Under the pieces are notes generated by a model that saw nothing but the letters and a program-made list of their open reading frames with translations, did not search any database and had not been told where the DNA came from. Positions 58,167-64,000 of a stretch of 64,000 bases of DNA are shown here, piece after piece; position 1 is the stretch's first letter; every line of letters begins with the position of its first letter. Location of the stretch: positions 784 to 64,783 of IMG/VR virus record IMGVR_UViG_3300025102_000021; one strand, 5' to 3'. The translations under genes and the position numbers were made by a program. The DNA is from a virus (lineage: Duplodnaviria; Caudoviricetes).

Positions 58167-58196
58167 AAAATATTAACATTTAAAAAAATAGAAATT

Positions 58197-58454
58197 ATGT
58201 CAAGATTACATAGAGAAATACTAAAAAATCAGTTGTTCAACCACGACTACTCTAATACACCAGTAAATAAAATGATACTTGTCGAGTTAGAATACTCACA
58301 AATAACAGTACAAAGTGAAGGCCCTCAAGGTTTCACTCACTACAAAACTTCAGGTGGTAGTTTAGAAAATCTAATCGAACAAATGAATCAAAGAGTTGAG
58401 AAAAGCCCTGACTATGATTTAATAATAGTAGACAAGTCAGACAAAATTTGGTAG
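58197..58454 (+). CDS. Early hypothetical protein
   Basis: Start MSRLHRE follows the leader AAAAAAATAGAAATT. Confidence 0.7.
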   Translation: MSRLHREILKNQLFNHDYSNTPVNKMILVELEYSQITVQSEGPQGFTHYKTSGGSLENLIEQMNQRVEKSPDYDLIIVDKSDKIW

Positions 58455-58456
58455 AT

Positions 58457-58489
58457 ACGAAATAAAAACGAATAAGTACAGATAATATA
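58457..58489 (+). promoter_or_regulatory. Putative early promoter, copy 5
   Basis: ACGAAATAAAAACG-N10-GATAATATA. Confidence 0.72.
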
Positions 58490-58496
58490 TACGAAT

Positions 58497-58700
58497 ATGA
58501 AAAACAAATACATTAAAAAGATAATAGAACTCGAGGAGTTACTAAAACATCACGACTGGTACTACGCAATGAGTGACGATCACCGTTACTACAGTTCAGG
58601 TCGTAAAAGTTTCGAGAAGATATGGAAACTAATGGACGAATTAAAGAATAATAATTATGGTGTTATGGCGGAAAACCTATATGACACTTATAAAAAATAA
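58497..58700 (+). CDS. Early protein resembling the NAD-ligase N-terminal (Ia) helix pair
   Basis: ELEELLKHHDWYYAMSDD. Confidence 0.6.
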   Translation: MKNKYIKKIIELEELLKHHDWYYAMSDDHRYYSSGRKSFEKIWKLMDELKNNNYGVMAENLYDTYKK

Positions 58701-58704
58701 TAAT

Positions 58705-58911
58705 ATGAAGATAACAATACAACAAACAGGTAAAACTTATATCGCTAAAGACAGCGAAGAAGTAAAAGTAATACATAACCACGACTCTATAATAAAGATC
58801 GCAGGTGAATATTACAAGAACGTAAAAACAAACGAGTGGATCAGTGAAGACGAATACTACGACTCACTCTGTCTAAAATTTGAAGAAGATGAATCAAACA
58901 AATATTACTAA
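58705..58911 (+). CDS. Early hypothetical protein
   Basis: Start MKITIQ is just after the upstream stop. Confidence 0.65.
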   Translation: MKITIQQTGKTYIAKDSEEVKVIHNHDSIIKIAGEYYKNVKTNEWISEDEYYDSLCLKFEEDESNKYY

Positions 58912-58971
58912 TTACGAGGAGTTCGACAAGTGGCTTGAAGAACTAATTGTTAAAAACGGAACAACAGAATT

Positions 58972-59238
58972 ATGAAGAAAATTAAATTAACACTAGCAAC
59001 TGTGCTACTAGGTAGCGCGGTTTTTGCTCAAACACAGTGTACTGCACTTACAAAATCTAATAATCAGTGCAAAAATACTGTAAAACAAGGTGAATTATGT
59101 CACCTACATGACCCAAACTACGTAAAACCGAGTGAAACTGTCACTGTAACCTGCTCTGGAACTACTAAATCTGGAGATCCTTGCAAAAAGAAAACTAAAA
59201 ATGCAAGTGGTTTATGTTACTTACACAAGCAAGACTAA
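58972..59238 (+). CDS. Exported protein with two C-x3-T-K-x4-C...C-x2-H repeats (DUF5763-like)
   Basis: Signal peptide ending VFA-Q. Repeats QCTALTKSNNQCKN...LCHLH and TCSGTTKSGDPCKK...LCYLH. Confidence 0.75.
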   Translation: MKKIKLTLATVLLGSAVFAQTQCTALTKSNNQCKNTVKQGELCHLHDPNYVKPSETVTVTCSGTTKSGDPCKKKTKNASGLCYLHKQD

Positions 59239-59312
59239 TGTTTAGTTGGTGTTGGGTGATCGCTGCGGTTTGGTATTTATCTGTAGCGATATACAGAGAA
59301 GACGCAAATTAA
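59238..59312 (+). CDS. Possible 24-aa membrane peptide
   Basis: TAATG coupling. MFSWCWVIAAVWYLSVAIYREDAN. Confidence 0.35.
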   Translation: MFSWCWVIAAVWYLSVAIYREDAN

Positions 59313-59336
59313 ATACGAATACTAATAGATAATATA
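59304..59336 (+). promoter_or_regulatory. Putative early promoter, copy 6
   Basis: GCAAATTAAATACG-N10-GATAATATA. Confidence 0.78.
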
Positions 59337-59343
59337 ATTGAAT

Positions 59344-59823
59344 ATGAAAATAAACAACTTTATAGCGACAGCAGTAGCAGCTACTCTTGCGCTAACCTCT
59401 TGTGAGAAAACAGACTATGATGTGCAGTTTGACAGAGACGCTCACGTAAAAATTATGAGTGAAAACTATGTTAAAACCACAGCAATATCTAGTTGTACTG
59501 GTCTCGACACTAGTTGGACAGTTGATTTTGGCGTTGCTATGTGTATTAATGTAGCAAACCTGCCTGGTATTGACGACGTTCGCTACGATGAGTATGAGTT
59601 CTACGCTATGCTCGACGGTAGAAAAGTGAAAGGCTTTCAAAACCTAAAAGACCAGATAAGCGACAGAACACAAGGTCTAATCGATGGAAATATTAACGTA
59701 CAACTTTCAGGTCACACTGACCTAGCGGTATACTTATTACACGAAAACATGTACAAAGCTCAGTTCTTTGTAGAAAACGGTGATGGTCAACTGTTCGAGT
59801 TGCAACTAAAAGAATTATACTAA
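59344..59823 (+). CDS. Lipoprotein
   Basis: MKINNFIATAVAATLALTS-C-EKTD lipobox. Confidence 0.8.
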   Translation: MKINNFIATAVAATLALTSCEKTDYDVQFDRDAHVKIMSENYVKTTAISSCTGLDTSWTVDFGVAMCINVANLPGIDDVRYDEYEFYAMLDGRKVKGFQNLKDQISDRTQGLIDGNINVQLSGHTDLAVYLLHENMYKAQFFVENGDGQLFELQLKELY

Positions 59824-60212
59824 TGAAAAAAATAACACTATCAGTTGCGCTACTACTAGGTAGTTATGTGACTAAAGCGCAGACAGAATACATTGATGTA
59901 GCTAAAGTAGGTATGTTAGGTACTTCTACTATGGCTATATACAACGATGACAAGGATTTAGATGACTTACAAGTGTTTAAACTAAACTTGTTTGACAAAA
60001 GTGAAATTTATCACTGGGTAAAATACACTAGTCTGTACAACGACAAGGTTGTAATCACTATGTCAGACGACGAAGGTGACACAAGAGAATTGTGTACGAA
60101 ACATGGTGACGAAGAAACTTTTTGTGAAACTGTTTCATCTTTTTCTACATCATACGAGCTCACTACAGATTCGCATGTATTTCAAGTATGGATTTCAAGA
60201 CCTAAAAAATAA
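59823..60212 (+). CDS. Exported protein
   Basis: Signal peptide MKKITLSVALLLGSYVTKA-Q. Confidence 0.75.
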   Translation: MKKITLSVALLLGSYVTKAQTEYIDVAKVGMLGTSTMAIYNDDKDLDDLQVFKLNLFDKSEIYHWVKYTSLYNDKVVITMSDDEGDTRELCTKHGDEETFCETVSSFSTSYELTTDSHVFQVWISRPKK

Positions 60213-60216
60213 AATT

Positions 60217-60318
60217 ATGAATAGAAAATTTAATCATCAAGATTTAGCTATGATCGGTGGGTTTATAGCTATAGTAACAGCAATAATGTTTAACTTAATA
60301 AACACAGGCACAGTATGA
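60217..60318 (+). CDS. Small membrane protein (33 aa)
   Basis: MNRKFNHQDLAMIGGFIAIVTAIMFNLINTGTV. Confidence 0.6.
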   Translation: MNRKFNHQDLAMIGGFIAIVTAIMFNLINTGTV

Positions 60319-60479
60319 AGAAAAAAACAATAACAGTATTAGATTACTCGAGCGCAAGAGTGTTTCAGTATAGCGTAAAAATTAACGTACACTCTGAAGA
60401 GTTTATACAGTTTAAAGGTCATAGACTTAAAGACGTAGAATGGATGGAACACCAAATAAGTAGTATTATTACAAAATAA
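60315..60479 (+). CDS. Small early protein (54 aa)
   Basis: MKKKTITVLDYSSARVFQY...EWMEHQISSIITK. ATGA coupling. Confidence 0.6.
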   Translation: MKKKTITVLDYSSARVFQYSVKINVHSEEFIQFKGHRLKDVEWMEHQISSIITK

Positions 60480-60503
60480 ATACGATTACTTTCAGATAAT
60501 ATA
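60471..60503 (+). promoter_or_regulatory. Putative early promoter, copy 7
   Basis: ACAAAATAAATACG-N10-GATAATATA. Confidence 0.8.
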
Positions 60504-60538
60504 TATGACAATTGCGTGTTAAATAAAAAATAAAAATT

Positions 60539-60751
60539 ATGAACTATTGTAGATGTGGTGAGCCCGTACACCCAGTAAGACAAAAATACGGGTACAAAAC
60601 GTGTATGCCTTGTAGTGGCGTCGAGCGTGTAGCGTCGGCACCGATCACTAATCATAAAACAGGTAATACAATACAAATAGTATCGCAAGCACAATCAATA
60701 GCGATACACAAGGCTAGTCGCCGTAAAGGTTACGGTACTTGTCTTAGATAA
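60539..60751 (+). CDS. Zinc-finger protein (DksA/TraR C4-like spacing)
   Basis: CRCGEPVHPVRQKYGYKTCMPC. Confidence 0.65.
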   Translation: MNYCRCGEPVHPVRQKYGYKTCMPCSGVERVASAPITNHKTGNTIQIVSQAQSIAIHKASRRKGYGTCLR

Positions 60752-60756
60752 TACTA

Positions 60757-61158
60757 GTCAGGTTTAACAATAAGCGAAGCAGTAGAAGTACTGTGGAAGT
60801 CGAAGTAGTAGCGGCGCTGGACCACGGGTCGCGAGTGTCAATACAAACCCTACTACACCTGACGCCGGTATAAAGTAGGTGGCATCACTGCGTAAAGTTA
60901 CCGCAACCCGGCTCACCGGAAATCGGTTCCTACTTTATAATATACGAGCGTGGCGCGTGAGGTGCGTAGCGGAATGACTGGTAAGTGAGATTATATCAAG
61001 AACTTACTCAAGGTGAGCCGCGTCTTACTCACTTGGCCACCTCGTTTTTAATACGTGTAGAACCAGCGGATTTAATCGGTTCAGGGCTAGGTATGGTAAC
61101 CGCGGCGTAAGCAAAGGTTTACTACTGACGAGTATGAGGTTCGATTCCTCACTAGCTA
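60757..61158 (+). ncRNA. Unidentified ~400-nt structured RNA with long-range pseudoknot and 3' tRNA-like module
   Basis: GC-elevated gap with no sense ORF of 60 aa or more. Helices 60757-63/60857-63, 60805-11/60850-56, 60869-79/60929-39, 60909-17/61012-20. T-arm TGAGG-TTCGATT-CCTCA. Confidence 0.7.
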
Positions 61159-61190
61159 CAAAATAAATACGACACGAGTCGGATAATATA
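61158..61190 (+). promoter_or_regulatory. Putative early promoter, copy 8
   Basis: ACAAAATAAATACG-N10-GATAATATA. Confidence 0.8.
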
Positions 61191-61207
61191 ATTAAATAAA
61201 TAACAAT

Positions 61208-61528
61208 ATGAAAAACACTAATGAAATAGAAAAGCAATTACAGCGTAAAGCTGACAAGTACCTCGAGCAAAAAGCAAAAGAAATGTTTGAAATACACAGA
61301 GAGATAGCTATGTATTTAGGTGGTTCTCTTCCAAGCTATATTGACTACATCACTGACTTTAGTGATTACAGTAAAGATATAACGGCAAACAGAGGTAAGT
61401 ATTTTACGTGTAGCTCTCCTTCATCAATGGAGTTCAAGTTCCAGAAAGATCTAGAGAAAAATTACAAAGAGAAAATTGTAACTAAATACACAAAAGAATT
61501 ATTAACTAAACTAGATATATTTGAATAA
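61208..61528 (+). CDS. Early hypothetical protein
   Basis: 106-aa ORF after the promoter. Confidence 0.75.
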   Translation: MKNTNEIEKQLQRKADKYLEQKAKEMFEIHREIAMYLGGSLPSYIDYITDFSDYSKDITANRGKYFTCSSPSSMEFKFQKDLEKNYKEKIVTKYTKELLTKLDIFE

Positions 61529-61529
61529 T

Positions 61530-62048
61530 ATGGAATACATGTCAACAGAAATAAGATCTGCCCGCGAGGCAATGACTATCTTCAAGATACTAGGTATCAA
61601 AGATATTACAACAGAGCGTCAACGTAAAAACGGCACAACAGTATATGAATTACCAATACAACAAATGTGGCAAACACTTAACCCTAAACCTTTGCGTTTT
61701 GCTACGTATGCCGCAGGTTATGTACGTAATGTAAGTGAGTACAACTCAAGTCCTTATCAAATTAACAAGACTAGAAAAGTATCAACACGAACAAGTGGTT
61801 ATGCTTACGATACAGTTGAGCGTATAATGATACCACACTGGGAAGACAGGCTAATATACTTAGCTAAGTTCATTATCAAGAACTACTACCAAAAACCTAC
61901 GTACGTAATGAATGACTACGTTATGAAGTGTTTACGTGAAGCTTATTACGAGCAGAACAAAACAGGTTTACCATTTCATGAAGAAGGCGATATGCATTCG
62001 CCAGATATTAAAGTAATTATTAACGGACACAGATACAATTTATCATGA
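61530..62048 (+). CDS. Early hypothetical protein
   Basis: ATG start MEYMSTE. IKDITTERQRKNGT...GYVRN. Confidence 0.75.
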   Translation: MEYMSTEIRSAREAMTIFKILGIKDITTERQRKNGTTVYELPIQQMWQTLNPKPLRFATYAAGYVRNVSEYNSSPYQINKTRKVSTRTSGYAYDTVERIMIPHWEDRLIYLAKFIIKNYYQKPTYVMNDYVMKCLREAYYEQNKTGLPFHEEGDMHSPDIKVIINGHRYNLS

Positions 62049-62260
62049 GCGCATTTTACAAAGACACAAGATTTAACGGCAAACTAGTTAGACTAGAAGA
62101 CGTTATAGATGAAATATACGATAGAGCATTAGAAACTATAGACGAGAGCTTGTATGAGCTTCTAAACGACAAAGACGACGATGAGTTCTATGAGGATTAC
62201 AAAGAAGCTTTCCCTCTTATAGTAGAAAAGCTACAAAAGTTTCATGATGGCGAAGATTAA
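62045..62260 (+). CDS. Small acidic protein
   Basis: 71 aa, D/E rich. Confidence 0.7.
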   Translation: MSAFYKDTRFNGKLVRLEDVIDEIYDRALETIDESLYELLNDKDDDEFYEDYKEAFPLIVEKLQKFHDGED

Positions 62261-62384
62261 AATAAAGCTAGACAAAGAAACTTTAAAAGCTATATGGGAT
62301 GCTAGCAAGCCTAACATAGAGCGTAATAAGAAAAAATATACTCGTAAAAGTAAACACAAAACAAATACGAATACTAACGGATAA
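62247..62384 (+). CDS. Small basic protein with ArfA-like tail (45 aa)
   Basis: Hand-translated MAKIKIKLDKETLKAIWDASKPNIERNKKKYTRKSKHKTNTNTNG. Confidence 0.55.
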   Translation: MAKIKIKLDKETLKAIWDASKPNIERNKKKYTRKSKHKTNTNTNG

Positions 62385-62388
62385 TAAT
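62356..62388 (+). promoter_or_regulatory. Putative early promoter, copy 9
   Basis: ACAAAACAAATACG-N10-GATAATAAT. Confidence 0.75.
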
Positions 62389-62411
62389 ATAAACCAATTA
62401 AATAAACCATT

Positions 62412-62783
62412 ATGACTACAACAGAATTACAAGCAAAGATCGAAGCTTTGCAAGCAGCTCTCGAAACCAAAGCGCAAGAGCAAAACGCGTATCGAGGTCA
62501 AATTGATACACTTAAAAAACAACTAGCAGACTTAAACAAACCAAAACTTACAATGAAACAGTTTGACGAGCTAACAACGTTTGTTGAATGCGGTATCGAA
62601 GAGTTTGACTTTGATGATCTTGATAACTACAGTATAGACTACGGTATTGACTATGATAACAGAATAACGTGTGAAAGCTTTTGCTTTGATAACGTTGATG
62701 AGCTTGCTAGAGTAGTATGCGAAAAAGTATACACAATGTTCGGTGAAGCTAACGAAGATACTAACGAAGAAAACCAAGACTAA
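62412..62783 (+). CDS. Coiled-coil/acidic early protein
   Basis: N-terminal heptads and an acidic C-terminal half. Confidence 0.75.
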   Translation: MTTTELQAKIEALQAALETKAQEQNAYRGQIDTLKKQLADLNKPKLTMKQFDELTTFVECGIEEFDFDDLDNYSIDYGIDYDNRITCESFCFDNVDELARVVCEKVYTMFGEANEDTNEENQD

Positions 62784-62784
62784 T

Positions 62785-63021
62785 ATGAAAACACTGTATC
62801 AACAACTAAAACCAGAAGTTAAACAATCACTAAACGAGCAAGAAGAATTATATCCTACGCTAGTTAAAGGTATTAAATGTGCATTGCAAGAAAATTATTT
62901 GTGGTCACACTTATCAATCGGCCAAGCAAGAGATCTTGTAAGTTTTACAAGTATATCTCTTAGCAGCATGTCTAGTTACGACTGGTCGTATGGCGAAAAA
63001 TTTCTTATAGCAGATGAATAG
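62785..63021 (+). CDS. Early hypothetical protein
   Basis: Start MKTLYQQLKPE. Confidence 0.7.
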   Translation: MKTLYQQLKPEVKQSLNEQEELYPTLVKGIKCALQENYLWSHLSIGQARDLVSFTSISLSSMSSYDWSYGEKFLIADE

Positions 63022-63215
63022 TCCATGGGAAGTTATGAGGCCTAAACTCAAGGAGCTTGGGTACTCAGATGAACAAATAGATGATATGACACTAGCAGAA
63101 TTATTCGAACTATGCGAAGATTAATATACGACATGTACTATGCCGACGAGATTACTCAAGACATAGCGGCAAGACTATTAGATAAATTAACAGAACTTTC
63201 AAATAAAAAACGAAG

Positions 63216-63467
63216 ATGACAAAAACAGAATTACCAAAATGGTTTAACGGCACGACCTACGATGAAGGTGCCGAAGTAACTAACCGTTTCGGCGGTGACA
63301 GTTGCTACTTAAATGCAGAAGAATTAAGTATGTATGACTTTGTTATCGGAGCAACAAACATGATTGAGATGGGTTGGTTTCACGACTCACTACTGCGAGA
63401 TCATAGAAGAGGTCTTGACTGGTTTAGAAAGAATAATGCCGAAGCTTACATGATATTACTAGACTAG
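63216..63467 (+). CDS. Early hypothetical protein
   Basis: VTNRFGG...ELSMYDFVIG...GLDWFRKNNAEAYMILLD. Confidence 0.75.
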   Translation: MTKTELPKWFNGTTYDEGAEVTNRFGGDSCYLNAEELSMYDFVIGATNMIEMGWFHDSLLRDHRRGLDWFRKNNAEAYMILLD

Positions 63468-63550
63468 TATGATAGCTATAGCACTGTCAGCAATAGTCTT
63501 TTTGATATTTATAGAGGCTTTAATAGAAAAACATAACAATTATAAATAAT

Positions 63551-63823
63551 ATGGATATAACAGGAGAAAATATAGAAAACTACATTAGGCAAGAGTTAGA
63601 CTCTGAGCCTAGACATAACTGTATGGCGTTAGCAGAAGCTATCAACCATATTGCAGACGAAGTTGATTACGACTCATTTGCACTCATGCAGTTATTACTA
63701 GAAAACAAACCAATAGATGCTTTGCATACACACAGTTATGGCTTTCACACCGCTAACGGTAGATCGCTGATTGAAGGTATGCAGAACACGTATTATGAGG
63801 AGGTACAGTTTTATGTCGACTAG
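63551..63823 (+). CDS. Early hypothetical protein
   Basis: 90-aa ORF. Confidence 0.7.
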   Translation: MDITGENIENYIRQELDSEPRHNCMALAEAINHIADEVDYDSFALMQLLLENKPIDALHTHSYGFHTANGRSLIEGMQNTYYEEVQFYVD

Positions 63824-64000
63824 AGCACAAGTTAGATTTGCTACACGTGAAGAAGGAGTATCGTTTAGCGAGCATCCAAATGCTATACACGCACAGTTTT
63901 ACGCGCATAGTGATGGTTACCCTGAAGCGCTAGGTTTAGAGATAGCAGATTCTCTCTTGTCCAACTATCCATTGAATGGCTGGGAAATAGAATCTCTTGA
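63813..64000 (+). CDS. Early protein with HxDGYP motif (3'-truncated)
   Basis: MSTRAQV...YAHSDGYPEALG, open to the window end. Confidence 0.7.
   Translation, partial: MSTRAQVRFATREEGVSFSEHPNAIHAQFYAHSDGYPEALGLEIADSLLSNYPLNGWEIESL

Noticed and set aside
60757-60863. Pistol/twister ribozyme in domain 1 of the large RNA
   Set aside because: CAGGT and TAAGCG are present, but their order and pseudoknot partners do not fit the consensus as I recall it.
58009-61158. Canonical tRNA or tmRNA genes
   Set aside because: T-arms are present, but there is no canonical D/anticodon arm, Ala G3-U70 acceptor with CCA, or evident tag ORF.
61125-61160. Third hammerhead (CTGACGAG)
   Set aside because: No GAAA after the following stem and no stem III/NUH. 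The stem is a T-arm.
61025-61237. Minus-strand 70-aa ORF
   Set aside because: Antisense to the early region, and overlaps a promoter copy and the structured RNA.
56227-62388. 33-bp repeats as a CRISPR array
   Set aside because: Irregular spacing of hundreds of bp, genes in between, a variable centre and no cas genes.
1-64000. Stop-codon reassignment as in some crAss-like phages
   Set aside because: Long genes are intact in the standard code, and TAA, TAG and TGA all end genes.
1-64000. Integrase, transposase, intron, intein or diversity-generating retroelement
   Set aside because: No such motifs or reverse transcriptase were recognised. RNR, terminase and helicase appear uninterrupted.

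Overview
This window holds most of a lytic tailed-phage genome. It is podovirus-like, with a crAss-like terminase/portal/capsid/tail module. The host is probably Bacteroidota (Flavobacteriia-like), inferred from SD-less A/T-rich leaders, a lipoprotein and Ala-Gln signal peptides. Layout: (+) replication/nucleotide genes at 1-11.2 kb (ligase, sigma factor, ERF, exonuclease, primase-helicase, a TS-fold enzyme with the dCMP-type Asp, MazG, endonuclease I-like, class II RNR); (-) late genes at 11.3-56 kb (small basic proteins, fibre, lysis, a 3605-aa putative ejected polyprotein, tail, capsid, scaffold, portal, terminase, GroEL/GroES); (+) AT-rich early region at 56.2-64 kb. Highlights: (1) two tandem type I hammerhead ribozymes starting at stop codons and bracketing a 296-nt ORF-bearing unit; (2) nine copies of a 33-bp element ACAAAwwAAwTACG-N10-GATAATATA that does not match host-type promoters; (3) a sigma-factor-like segment inside the giant protein, which also has a zincin motif and a kinase nested in a HAD phosphatase; (4) a ~400-nt pseudoknotted ncRNA and a ~157-nt tRNA-like RNA; (5) an S-P-x-K motif shared by many late proteins, with a small zincin gene among them; (6) a duplicated TGTGACA...TGTCACA dyad. 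All functional calls come from reading motifs by eye; no database searches were run.
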